A stretch of 64,000 bases of DNA from Raillietiella orientalis (taxonomy: Eukaryota): contig JAYWIR010000019.1 in NCBI GenBank assembly GCA_036172245.1, positions 3,348,001 to 3,412,000 on the forward strand, given 5' to 3'. Both the position numbers and the translations under genes were made by a program. Positions 1 through 13,366 of this stretch are shown piece by piece. The notes beneath the pieces are model-generated. The model did not search any database, had not been told where the DNA came from, and saw nothing but the letters and a program-made list of their open reading frames with translations. Each line of letters begins with the position of its first letter. Position 1 is the first letter of the stretch.

Positions 1-450
1 GAATATGTAAGTTCGTTTTTTAAATGCAAGGTCATAATGTACTCTGTGTTGCTTGTTTGTACTCAAATGATTATTTTTTTTATTGTAACAAAATATTTCA
101 AATAGTGTGTCAAAGTGCTAATGAGATTGATTTGACTAGTCTTACCAGTTGCATTTACGGTTATTGTTTTTAATAAGAGTACTATAATAATGAGCTTCAG
201 TAATTTACAAACAGTGCCCCAGAAAAAATATCATTTCCTGATGTTTCGAGAATTAATTTCTTACCATCGGCTTATCTATCTGTGTATATGTACATTGATC
301 TTTCTATTTAAAATTTACAAAACGTTGATTCCCAATCCGGTGAATTTTGTTAAGTGTTCATTCATTACTAATTGATTATTTAATCCGGTTTGGGCCATAC
401 AAGTGATAAGAGTTTTCAAAAACCTGTAGGTAACATCATTATTCTTGAAG

Positions 451-3400
451 ATGAGCAGTAGAAGTTACACAAATTTTTTTATTATTATGCGCAATAAGGC
501 ATCCCAGAAACGTCATACACAAGAAGTTTATTATGATACAGTAAGTATAGTAGAGCATGCATTCTTTCATTTAATGAAGAGATATGCTTCTCAATTTTGT
601 CTTATTCTTAAATTTTCAGACATACAGTGATGAGGTATCATTGGTAGCATCTGTGCAGAATCCTTCAGAGATTTCCAATGAGAAATTGGATGAAACAGTC
701 TTCTCAGCCTGGTCATCTGAAATGGAGTGTATTCAGTACAATTTTTCTTGCATTCCATCTAAATTATCCGAGTTATTGCAATTGCATCAGAAACATCTAA
801 CACAGCCATCCTTAAATGATAATTCAAAATTAGAAGCAAAAATTGACATATTGACAAATGATATTACTAAGGTGGGTTACCAGCAGCTGTATGAAAGTTC
901 TAAAAATCAGCATGCTTCAGTGTGTATTATGTTTTTATTATTCTTTTAGTTTTCATACTTATTAACTGCAATATTTATAAATTTCCTCCTCCCTCCCTTG
1001 AATGTATCATTACTTGGGAATTTTCCCTGGAACTTGGACCTTGCATGCACGTTTTTAAAACTACAATAACAAATTTATTCTTTATTTTGCAAAGACATCC
1101 CTAAGTTAGGAGATATGATCAAAAGCAGTAAATAGCATTTTGCACAAACATGAACTCAGCATATGTAATGTTTTTTCTAAAAGAGTTAAATTCAAGATTG
1201 CAGTTGTTAGTTATCTTTGTCATTGAGAAACAAAGATCATTTCGATTTGCTTCTTTAATTGGTGCTTTTTTTTTTTAGGAAATTAAGGTATAGTGTTCTC
1301 ACTGATTTCAAGTTTTGGTTTTTGCCATTTGGCTGCATCAGTTTTAAATTTGTTCTTTTCATTGTTGTCCAGAAAAATATTTCTGGGCTGTTGAGAAACT
1401 TTTTTTGAGATTTAAGAACATTTATTAACTGGCCCATTATGAAGTCTTCTTTCATGATTACTTATTGTCCATTATATTGAGATATTTGTTTAATATCCTG
1501 CATAAACAAGCATTTAATTTGCTAACTGTAACTGTGTACTTAAATTTATTACATCTGTGAAATTGCATTTTTCATGAATTGAATGAAAGCTTTTAAAGTT
1601 TCATAAAAGTCAAGTGTCCGATGTTTTAAAGTTTGGATCAATTACTTTTTATGATTTTTTTCATTTTATAGTTTTCTCATGTTTATGGAAATTTCCTTGT
1701 AAGGTCATGTTCAGCATGTGCTTAACACTTAATATTTCATCAGATGCTTAGAACATTTAGAAGCTCTCAGAGACAAATGCAAATGTTTGATACTGAGGTA
1801 TTAATAGTAAGGATTAATAGATTTGTTATATAAATGTTCATGGTCCAAAGTAATAGATTATTAAATTAGAAATGTTTTCTTGGACAGATCAGATCAGATC
1901 ATGCTGTGAATTTAAGTGTAAATTTTTACAAATAAGGGAGATTTCACAAGTTTTTGTAATATGTAATTTAGCCTTTCTTAAAAGCAATAAACAAATAAGC
2001 AAGAACAAGGTAAAAAATCACAAAATCAACAAGTACTTTATTTGCCATTTTATGTGCAGAAATTGAAATGCTTTGATGGCCATTTAGATGCCCTCATTTA
2101 TGGAATTCTTTAGTGAAAGGCGAAACACTTATGCATTTATGTATTAGAATGTGGACCAGAAGTCATGGAATAAATGTGAACACAAATTGGAAAAATACGT
2201 GACGGAAAAAATTGCTAACTGCTTTTGTCAGTTCTTATCGTAGATGAAGATTTAAAGGAAAGCGCAAAAAAAAAAAATTGACGAATTTATGAAGGGAAAA
2301 GGAATAAAAAAAATTACAAGGCTTCTATGCAAGAAATTTGGTTTTCAAGTTGAAGGTTAAAACTCAAAAAAGTAATTTTAGATGCTCCATGGAAACTTAA
2401 CCAAATGAAGGTTTATGAATTGCTCCTGTTAAATTATGCATTTCAGTTGCAAGTAAACTTTTCAATAGAAGGCTGTTCTAAGAGAAAAAAGAACAATTTT
2501 CTTTTCTAAGTACATTAGTGACTGGAAGCTTATTGAATTCCAATACCATTTTAGAAATGAGGTGTTACACGATTACATTATTATACAGTTAAATGAAATC
2601 TATCCGTTGGAAAGACTTTTCCAGTGTAAATGATAATCAAAAAATCAAAATCAAATTGCAATATGAAACCAAATATTTTTCCAATACGACGTTCATGGAA
2701 AGCTCATTTCATTGATTGATAAGGCACCAATTCAGAAATTGGTGCCTTATCTTCAAAATTAGTAATATTGGTTGTAAGAAGGAGATCCAAACATGGTAGC
2801 TAATGAAAGGAATTAATGTATGGTTCTTCTAGGATACACAGAATGATATGCTTATTGTAACTCCCAAAGTTCTCAACAAACCTGACTCGTATTTATTCTT
2901 CTTAGTTGAAGTAAATCTTAATGCACACTCTAAGTTTTTGCATCACTGAATTGCATTAAAATTGTGCATTGCAATAATATCACATGCAAAGTGTCTGCTA
3001 TGATAATTGCTCTCATCATTATGCTTTGAACTATTATTGGCATACTCAAAATCATTCTTTACAGAAAAAGTGTTTCCCTTCAGTCTTCTGAGGTGGAAGA
3101 TTTCATTCTTATGACTAGAAAACAAGACCTCCTCACTTTGATTTAAAGTTGAACCAAGTAGAATTATTTGTTTAAACAGGATTTTAATCAGCATTTGTAA
3201 CTCATTCTGAAAAGTTAAGAAATGCATGATGGAAATTTTGATTCATTCCCATGAGGCTAATGTATAATGAGAGTCACCAATTTGATTGATATTATACTGG
3301 ATGCTAAATGAAATAGAAAATTGTAACGGGCTGAAAGAAGTGTGCATTAAAAAGCTTAAAATCTAAAAAGAATAAAAGTGGCATTAGAAAACTATGCATG

Positions 3401-6400
3401 TGGAGAATATTAATACTTTATTGATTCAATTTGACCAAGGTAATTTATGTTAATGAATTCGTTTTTAGAAATTGTCTGTATGGTATTTCATGTAATTTAA
3501 AAGGCTCTAAAGTCTTTGAACAACCAATGTAATCACAAGTTTAAAAGTGGAAAAGATTTTGTCTCGCTTGACATAGGTTACAGTTACCCCATTTTGAAAG
3601 AAGCTACCCAAGGTGATTCATACAATCAATATGCTTAAAAGGGTCAAAACTACAACAAAGTTCTAGTTACTTGCCTTCTTAAAGTAAAATTTTAAATATA
3701 CCATTTTCTCTGTTCCATAAAATTTTAGCAAAATAGGCAGCACTCTTCCAGTTAAGAAGGAAGATTTTAAATCTCGAACAGTAGAATTGTTAATAATCAT
3801 GTTACATCACAATCATTCTGCAAGACAGAAAAAAGTGGAGAGAATGAATACGAAATCTGCCAAATAAGTAGGCATTCAGCTACATAAACTGTTTCTTTGT
3901 TTAATCTTCAAAATTAGATGTTTTTTAAAAAAATATATATTAGTTTTTTTTCCCTCATATTTATCTTTGCAAGAAAAATGCAGCAAAGCATGAAAATGAA
4001 TGAAGAATAAAGCCATCCAAAAATATGAAAGGCAGACAATGTGTTCTTTTTGTTCTCTATTTAGGTTGCCGATGTTGTAGATTGAGATTTTTCAAGAAAT
4101 ATATGGATTCAGAAATGACTGTTCATCCAATCACTTAGAAACTTATAATTTATCGTCTACAGATCCACAGAACCAATAAATTTTATAAACCAAAGTGGAA
4201 TTTAGAGAACAAATTGAAATAAATTTCAAAACTCAAATTTTTGTATTGATTTTAAGTAATTTAGTGTATCATAAAGTAGCCACATATGACATCACTGTAT
4301 TCTTGTGACTGCTCAAAAAAGGATATGATGAATTGGGCCTTATGATGTGTTAATTAGAACATTGATGTCCCCAGTTAAAGCTGCGCATTATCAAATGTTG
4401 AGTGAAATGGCAGTGATTTTCGTTTGCAAATTGATGTATTTGCATACTGATGCTTGATATTATGGTTCCTTTGGAATTTGAACGTTGCTTGTTATGATCA
4501 TTGCCTGAATTTGCTTGAGTGCATTGCAACTTCTGCTCCTGGTGCATGCACCAAAGACACTGTAGGTAAATAATGCATATTGAAGTTTGACAGTTCCAAA
4601 AGATTGTCATCTAACGTTGAATAACAAGCACTACAAAACAGACTACTGGATATTTGCAAATAGTGCTTCACATCAAAATAAAATGTATCATAGTACTGTA
4701 ATTTTGTGGAAAAAATTGCAAGTGCCCACATTTAAAAAAAAATTGCAAATGTATTAGAAGTAACATGCAGCAGCTTGAATCATTCATTTGTGATAAACCA
4801 CAGATTATCTGTAGTTTAGTTTTTAATTTGTGGTTTAGTTTTTAAAAACAGCATTTTAAATTTCAAAACTTTGCTTTTTACTATTGTGACTTTCGTACTT
4901 TTTACTACCCTCTTAGGTTTCATTGTGCCATAGGTCATTTATGTTTGCACACATTTGTTAAAGTTTGCTTAACTACAGTAAATAAAAAATGAACGGCAAA
5001 ATAATTTTTTATCAGGAAAAGATGTATCATATTAATCAAACTGCATGCAAAGCACTGCATGCAGTTAAATTTGTCCCACAGAAATATTGTGAAATGCGTT
5101 GTCTTTCAGAACATTAACTTATCCCGTTAATTATTAAGCCAGGAATGTTATAATTGCAGACTTCATACAAATTGCCAGTTCTTATATGGGTTTCCATATT
5201 TTTAGGCTGCATAATGGTTTAATAATTTATGATGTATCCAATGATAAAATGCATTCTATTTTCATCAATGATAAGAAAATGCTTTGTTGATGTTTTTCAG
5301 TAAGCACAATATTAAATGGATTTATTGTGTTGATAATCTATACAGTGTATGTTAACTGTATAATGCATACATATCCATACAATCCACAGTTGGCACTTTG
5401 GTTTGGAATAGTCAGTTTATCAAAAACGTAGTCCAGATAAAATGCCTGAAAAGCAGAAAAGTAGTTTCATGAATTGTACATTGAATGACATTCACTGAAT
5501 CTGATAATGCTATATAAAATCTAGACTAGAAAGAAACAGAAATAAGAAGCTTACATGAAACTCAAAGGAATTAAAATTGAAACCAATGAATTTTTTTCTT
5601 TGTTTTTGTGTTTGAAACAAATCTCTTATGAATTAAGCTTTGTAGTATTAAGTTTTGTATTTTTGATTTTTTTGATGATTTGCAGAGCATATTTAAATAG
5701 ATTGTAATGGATAGTAGTATGGATTTGCATTGACATTCCTTTGAAAGTATTCATCCTCTAATGATTCCGTAGTTGGGAGATTTTTGATTTTGTTTGGCTG
5801 ATTTTTTTTCCATTTTAACAGAAAGTTTTGATTCAGTCATTCAGTATTCATTTTATGTAGGATGCTTTCGATTTAAGTTCAGATTCAAAGTGATAATTTT
5901 GGCTTGATTTCAGGGATGAGTAAGTCCAATAACCTACTTCAATAATACATTTCATTGTAACAGATACCAGGTCCTGTTGTTTCCAAAATTAAAAATTTAA
6001 GCATTCTGTGTTCATGCTAATTACATCATGGCTCATAAAAAGATTTATGAACAAGGAAAATTCTGCATCTCTTGAGTTTCCAAAGATATAAGACAGAACC
6101 ACCATGCAGTACTGAAGTTGAATGACTGATTGTAATTTTTTGTTGAAAATGGGAGGAGAGGGAATATAATGTAATAGATAGATGCTTAGGTCAGAAAAGC
6201 AATTTTTTATTTTGTCTTCAAAATAATGTAAATTCTGAATTCTCTGTGCAGTTTGAATGATGATTTCTTTATATGGGAATTTTAAAGTTTGCCTTCTTGA
6301 TAATTTAAAGTGTATTTTTTTTTGATGCGCATTCATCAGATTTATGTTTGATAAAGTTCTATTGAGTTATCAACTCATATTTGTTTAATAAATCTGTATG

Positions 6401-9208
6401 TGGCATCTGCATTAAAAATCTCTTAATTCAAAAAGGTCTTATAAGTATGAAGTTTCGTGTCAACATCATTTATTGAAAATAATAGTAAAATTTCTCCCGA
6501 AAGATCCAAAAGAAATTTAATCAGTGTATTATACATAATTTAAATATTTGTTGTAGGCAGATTTGAAAATATTTGAAATTGCACAGAGGAGACCAAGGAT
6601 CACTGTGAAGGTTCAAAATTAATTTACTTTGTGTATTTCTTGGGTTGCTTCATTCAGTTTCAAAGAAATATGTGCCCCCAAGGAATGTTCTAATCATTAC
6701 TTAATTTATATGCTTGGTAATTCTTGAATTTTTTCTTCTACCTGAATTTGTAAATATTTCATTTTCTCTTCTCCAAAATAATGAATTTAACAAAAGCTTT
6801 CCTGATAGGATACTGATTGCATTCATGAAACCAGTATCCTATCAAACTCATGTCAAATGAAAAGTTTGAATTACAAGCATACAGAGAATGCTATATGTCT
6901 TCCAAAAAGAACTCAGTTTAGTTGTAGTTTAGCAGAGAAAGTTTCTACCAAGCATTTGGATACTAGATGTTTTTTTTCTTCCATGTTCCTCATCCAGGAA
7001 ATACAACACCTAGTACGAAGTTCTGATGGAATTTAGAATAATTTTCACAGAATTTTTATTGGTCAAAGTACTGCATGATTGAATTGGGTCAATTTTTGTT
7101 ACAGTCATTGGGACTTAAGTATGCCCAGATTAGATTTAAGAGTTCAAGTATTCCTCATTTCAAAGGAGTAGTTTAAATATCTGTGACATCACTTCTAGGA
7201 TTTGCTCAATTGTTTTTAATGTATTTGTAGTTCTGTTTGTGATTTTGATGCTTAGACAATCAAATGTCTATTTGCTGAATTGATTTGCTTGACAACTAAA
7301 TGTGGCTTCATTCGGATTCCTGTTTCAGTCACTGTTTAAAATCTTTCTAATTAAATCTGACTAATGAAAGTCAGTGGCTTTAGTTTCATGAGTTTATATT
7401 TGCTGTTTTAGTATATTTGCTGTTTTAGTAAATTCTTGTTTCTTCTTTTCTACTTGCAAATAATTGCTATTAAATGTTATTCAGTTCTAACTAAATCTTC
7501 ATTCCGACCATAATTGTTTTGTCTCAAGACTGGGACTTGATGAAAAATGTAAAGTGTTTTCTGGTGTTAAGCCCAAGCATGCAGTGTTCACAATGAAACT
7601 GCGTTAACATGAGTGTGTTTAGAGAATCCTTATTCTTTCTCAATGCTTTGTTTTTTGTTTTGATAAAGCACATAAATCATTTATTGTATGAAAACAAATA
7701 GACAAATCTTTCAGCAGAATGACATTCCATAGCAATTTGTAAATATTTTAAGATATTTAGTTCAGTACTTTAATAAGTAAATATATCAAATGTTAGGTAA
7801 TGCATTTTTAAAAAAATTATTGATGCATGAAAAATTATGAGTTAATTATTTTTCTGTTCTCCTCAATTGCTGTTTGCAGCTATGGATTTTATTCCTGAAT
7901 GCATCATTGAATTGCAGCATATAAAATAGAATACGTCAGATAAGCATGTAATATGTACTAGACTTGTTGCAACCGTTGATTGTATGAAATTCTGATGAAT
8001 GAAAATCCGAGTTTGCTCTCGAATTTCTCAAAAATCGAAAATTCGTGTTTAAATTAGTTGTACTTTAGTTGTACTTAAATTTAGTTGTACTCATTGTGTT
8101 GCATTTCATTGGGTATTTCAAATTCCGAGTATATGTTCATCCTTTCAATGTTCCCTTCTTTTTTCACATGCCCTCTTTATTTCTATTGAAAAATAAAGTT
8201 TAATTGAAAAATACGGATTCCAGTATACTTGATTGATTCAATCTATCATGCGTTATTATTTAATGCAACTCTTACCCTGGCATTCTTATGTTAGTTCTTT
8301 TCGTCTTGTTGCCTTTCTTTTTAATCATTATTGTAGAACTGTTTTAATTCCAAATGTACTTGCATGATTTGTGTTAAATTTGGTTTGTGATGACAATTGT
8401 GAGTCTTTTCTCGTTATTGTTCGTTGATGCACAAATAATTTTTTAGTAATTGTGAAAACTGCTGCAGATGCTGTCATCATCTCAAAGAGTGCTACAAATT
8501 CTTCGATCCAAAAATCCCTCCAGTGTAAATAAAAACAATAAAGAAACTCGGTTGCATCAGAATTTGGTGCTTTCTATGGCAATAAGGCTGCAAGAATTAT
8601 TAGGAGACTTCAAAAAAGCACAATCATCATACCTATTTCGTATGTATTGGAAGTATATATATATATTTGTGTGTGTGGGTGTGTGGGTGTGTGTGCATGT
8701 GCATGTGTGTGTGTGTGTGCGTGTGTGTGCATGTATTTTTTTATTGAACTAATGCAGAACTACGTCATCGAGAACAATGGTCAGATGAGTTCTTTGTTTT
8801 GCCTGAACCACATGTTAATAAAGAAAAGTTTTCATCCAGTAGTCTTGAAGATCAGACTCAGTGTATGTATACTGAAAGTGATATTTTGCTTGTATCCAAG
8901 CATGAACAAACCATGCAGCATATTTTGAATTCTGTAATTCAATTAAATGAAGTATTTCAAGATGTGAGTCGTTTTGTTGCTGATCAGGTGAGTAAGGTAT
9001 CATAATAAAATTATGATAGCTGTCACAGGGACTAGCTCTGGATAGGATAGATTATCATTTGGAATCTGTGCAACATCAAGTATATGAGGGTACACAAAAG
9101 TTGCAGCAGACCAAAAAAAGAAGACAAAGTCACCGAAAATTTATATTTTTTATAATGTGTATTCTAGTGGTTGTTGCATTGATTCTTATCTCCTCATTTT
9201 TTTCTTGA
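451..9208 (+). CDS. STX16: Syntaxin-16-like Qa-SNARE; exons 451-540, 620-871, 8468-8639, 8758-8987, 9029-9208 (924 nt, 307 aa)
   Basis: N-peptide MSSRSYTNFFIIMRN resembles STX16 MATRRLTDAFLLLRN. Habc segments LHQKHLTQPSLND and LQELLGDFKKAQSSYL. SNARE motif LNEVFQDVSRFVADQGLALDRIDY with zero-layer Q. C-terminal TM FIFFIMCILVVVALILISSFFS*. All introns GT-AG and phases join in frame. Confidence 0.9.
8668..8730. repeat. Imperfect (GT)n microsatellite in STX16 intron 3
   Basis: gtgtgtgtgggtgtgtgggtgtgtgtgcatgtgcatgtgtgt... Confidence 0.9.
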
Positions 9209-9323
9209 TGAAATATAGGGAGGAAAAATTGGGTGTTGCAAATGCACATGTACTATTTACATCATTTTTTTAGGCTTTTATGAAAGTGTGATTGATTGAA
9301 AGTTAAATTAGGATAATAAGTGC

Positions 9324-10526
9324 ATGGCAAGTCACTATGAAATTCCTTCCTGGTAAGAAGAGGGATACTGAAAAATTTTATTCATTTGAAAACGAAGGGC
9401 AAGTAAACCACCTGTTGGATTGCATCTGGATGTTCTCAAAGAGGACAAATTAGTGCAAAAATTGATGATTGATGAGAAACGTTGCTATTTATTTGGTCGA
9501 AATACCCAGCTAAATGATTTTGGCATTGATCATGCCTCATGTTCACGTGTTCATGCAGCCTTGGTATGGCATAAACATTTGTCCCGGGCATTTTTGGTCG
9601 ACTTGGGAAGCAGTAAGTGTGCCTGACTTGTTTTCTTCACATATATTTTGCAGCACATGGTACCTTTATTGGCTCAATACGACTGGAAGCTCATCGTCCC
9701 ACTCAACTTCCTGTTGATAGTGAATTTCACTTTGGTGCATCTACACGCAAATATGTACTGCGAGAACGACCACAAACAGCACCAAAGCCTATCATGGAAG
9801 AATTGGAACGTACCTCAGAAGAAACAGATGGAGGTCTCCTCGGATTGCCAGAATCAGAGACAGAATTAGATGTAAAGCACTAGCATGCAAGGATAGATTG
9901 CATCCAGTTATTGCAGTTTTATTTTTGTAGAACCTGACGGAATTCAACACTGCACACAATCGGCGCATCAGCATGTTGGGTATTGCTGATGAAGATATAA
10001 GTACTTCAACACGCAAGAGAAAAAAACTAATGATAAGTTTCAACGAAGAAGAAGAGATCATTAATCCTGAAGATGTGGATCCCACTGTGGGTCGTTTCCG
10101 TAATCTTGTTCATACCACTGTCATTCCCACAAAGGTCAGCAACTTACATCTAGCACATGAACTTCCAATGCTTAATAGAAACATCGTTTGGAGTCAACAG
10201 AGGATGACATCCTGTTGTCTTCAAATCTTCGGCCCAATCGGCATCACTTTGGCTTCCCGAATGTTCCATCATCAGGATTGTATTCCGAATTGCCACCAGA
10301 ACAAACTCAAGGAGTGTCATCACATTCATCATTTCCATCCAGTCTGTCATCTAAACTTGGTATTGCTATGCCCAACCCAGCTCCGGAAGTAGACATTGCT
10401 CCATATTCTGTTGACTTTGCTCCTCCCCCAATCACAGTTACGATGGACAGTTCCGAACCCAAAAAGAAAAAATACCTAAAAGAGATATGGCCAGGAAAAA
10501 AATCATTTCCTTCCCTTCTCATTTGA
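9324..10526 (+). CDS. PPP1R8: Nuclear inhibitor of protein phosphatase 1 (NIPP1); exons 9324-9352, 9398-9612, 9654-9871, 9931-10134, 10179-10526 (1014 nt, 337 aa)
   Basis: FHA domain WASKPPVGLHLDVLKEDKLVQKLMIDEKRCYLFGRN...SCSRVHAALVWHKHL...DLGSTHGTFIG. Also NLTEFNTAHNRRI, IINPEDVDPTVGRFRN and C-terminus EPKKKKYLKEIWPGKKSFPSLLI, which match NIPP1 as I know it. GT-AG introns of 45, 41, 59 and 44 nt keep frame. Confidence 0.96.
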
Positions 10527-10562
10527 GAGTGTCTGTTCGCCCATATTTTCTCTTGATTTAGA

Positions 10563-10568
10563 AATAAA
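10563..10568 (+). terminator. Probable polyadenylation signal (AATAAA) of NIPP1
   Basis: AATAAA 37 nt after the NIPP1 stop codon. Confidence 0.55.
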
Positions 10569-13340
10569 GCTTCATTTCCAAGCTCAAGTGTCTGCGCGAA
10601 TTGATTCGATCCGGTGGTAATTGTGCGAAATTTTCTGCCTCTTGTGGACCTCCTCTCTCCCCGCGGGTTTAAATATAAGGTTCCCGCTGGTACATTGCGA
10701 AAATATCACCCACAGGAAGTGTTTTCGTTAGCAAACGCCAAGCGTATGCAACAGTCTCAGAAAACCGTAAATTGGTTGGCAGCCGTTCTTCCTATGGCGC
10801 AGGCTGCAAAGTACTGTTTCGAGCAACTGCCGTGCACTGCATGTTACCCAGTATTGGAAATGTACTCTGCCAGTTTGCTTCCAAACTGTTAGTGGTATCA
10901 AGTAGGCCGCGAAACTAGCTGGTGCACTTGGAGGGAATCTGTGACTCCAAGGATGTTGTAAATGTGGATGCCGAAAGTGGCTGTTATCTTGGTAGATATT
11001 GTGTGATCAGGACATCCCGAAGCCAATGCCATTGGAGCCATGTGTGGAGAGCAGTTGTTCGAGGAACAGCATGCATCTTGACACCAACCTGCACCGATGC
11101 TGAACCAAGCAGGATGTGTATTTCCTTTTCCTGAGTATATATATACGTGATGGTTTTTTTCCCGAATCACTGGAATTCGAAAATCGGGGCCTGAGAGTTT
11201 GTAGTAGCACGGATTCTGTTTTTTTGTTTTCATTTTATTTTTTCGTTTTTTTTTTTTTTTTGCTGCTGCTGAGAAAATAGCTTCCGAGTTGTTCGAAAAT
11301 TGATTGCGCCAATGGATTAAGACAGTAAGCCCAAAAAGAAAAAAAAAAAAAAAAAAAAGGAAAGTGACTCATCATCATACGAAGAACTCTGCTGAATTCT
11401 TACCAGAATTAGTTCTTTCAAATAGGAACACTAAATGACTTCGAGGAAAATATACATATGTGCACATAATAAGTACTGCAACTGGCATTTACGTGCAAGG
11501 TTAGCAGAATGTTCTATCGATTTTCAAAGCGTGTCTGTAATCGGAGTATTTTCTTTCTCTCAGCATGAATGAAATATCTTCCATCCTAATTCATGGAACA
11601 GTGTTTGTTCTGTTTTGGAGTTAATGAATTTGGGTTCCACCTATTAATGTATCGCCGCGTCGGATCGATATTCGGGTATTCGTCGTCGTCGTCGTCGTAC
11701 GATGAGAAATTATAAAGATGGACTGATCTCAATATTTACTTAAATCAATAAGTACGTTTAATCTCGGGGCTGTCGAGTACAAGAAAAAATTCGGAGTTTT
11801 GAGCGTCGCTGTGCATCTGTGTGCTTTTGCTCGTCCTCCTCCTCCCCCCCAACCCTCCCGCTAATGTGAAATGGAGTTGACGTCTTAAGTTAGAATTCGA
11901 CTTAGAGACGGTCGTAGAAAAATGCGATGATTTTGAAACACCTTTTTCACTTTTCCGTTCTGGTAACAGATGACATCCTTATCCAAAAAGATGGGGGGGG
12001 GGGGGGGTGAATATCAACCGTCTCGTTTTGTGGAAATACGTTCCTGAATGTAATGGTAGCTCTGTATATTGTCATCATCACTGCAGTTCAAGTTAGCCTG
12101 CTTCCAGGCCGTGCAAATATAATGGAAAATGATCGGCCGTCGATGATCTCTGTTCTGTCTGGCTCACGTGAAACATGATCACACAGCATTTTGTATGTTT
12201 TGTTGCGCACGGCTGGAGTTCACGAAGATTTTGGAACGTACACTTACGAAATTAAGTTTGCTGTTGCTTCGATCGTGTCGGTGCATGCATTGCGTCGAGC
12301 AGTGGTGCATCACAACAGGGATACCAGGAGATAATCAGGATAAAATGATGGCGTACGAAAATTTTGAAATCATTCGTCCTGAAAAGTTTGCGAAGTACTG
12401 CTCCCCCAGCACACGGTGGATGGGAAGTCGAAGAATGCTTCGGGTGTAGTGGAACTCGGAATTTGCACATCATCAACTGCTTGTTGCATCGTGTACTGCT
12501 TCCTCCCCCTCTGATGGATGAAATAGAACGCATTCAGGACGTTTCGAAAAAGCTCGGGGAAGTTGGAAGCGTTGTTTGTGCATCCAGCCTGCTTGGTACG
12601 GAGTCCTCCAGCTTTTCTGGAGTCCGCTAGTGACTGGACGCTTCCGTCGCCAGTTCTCTAAGAAGTTTCATTTCGTCGGTCAGAATCCCTCCAGACGCAA
12701 CGTCGTCACTCACGATGCCTCTCATGTACTTTTCATATGCAATCGTGGTGCACCGAAACCAAAACGATGTTTAATATGCTACATTTCACAATTCACACGG
12801 TTCCTTGTGTGTGCGTAATGAGTGGATTTCGGTTCTGGGCTCTGGAAGGGTTTCCACGAGTGATTCTGTCGAACGTAAGGAAGCGTTTTTTTTTTTTTTT
12901 TTTTTTTTCGCTTTTTTCAAGACAGTGTAGGTAGGTATGAATGTTGTTAGGAAGTTGTTTACAGACTGATGCATTTGAGAGGAAAATGCATTTCTCACGA
13001 TTTGCTTGAAGGGATATTTGGTTTGGGTTTCGACTATTTTTGAACGATTACAAGACATTGTGGAGGCAAAGCTTTTGTTTACATGAGCAGCACAGCAAAG
13101 GACTGGAATCAAGAAGCAATGCCAGATGTAAATGGTGTTCTCCTTTGTTCAGAATTTCACCTGTACGGTTTTTGTAGTGGTTTCCCAGATCTTCTGCTGT
13201 CTCACCAACCAACGTTTCTTAAAAGGTGATGTGCTGACTAAATTTGCAGGCTGTTTCAAGTGCTGGATTTTTCCAGTTTTTTAAGTCTTGCATTGCAGTG
13301 AGCTTGCCAACTTTTTAATAACCCAGGAGACCATTTTTAT

Positions 13341-13366
13341 TGTGTGTGTGTGTGTGTGTGTGTGTG
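13341..13366. repeat. (TG)n microsatellite
   Basis: Visible TG run. Confidence 0.9.

Noticed and set aside
872..8467. Nested gene in the large STX16 intron; also short ORFs at 58.5-64 kb
   Set aside because: Short AT-rich ORFs with no recognisable similarity and no consistent exon chain.
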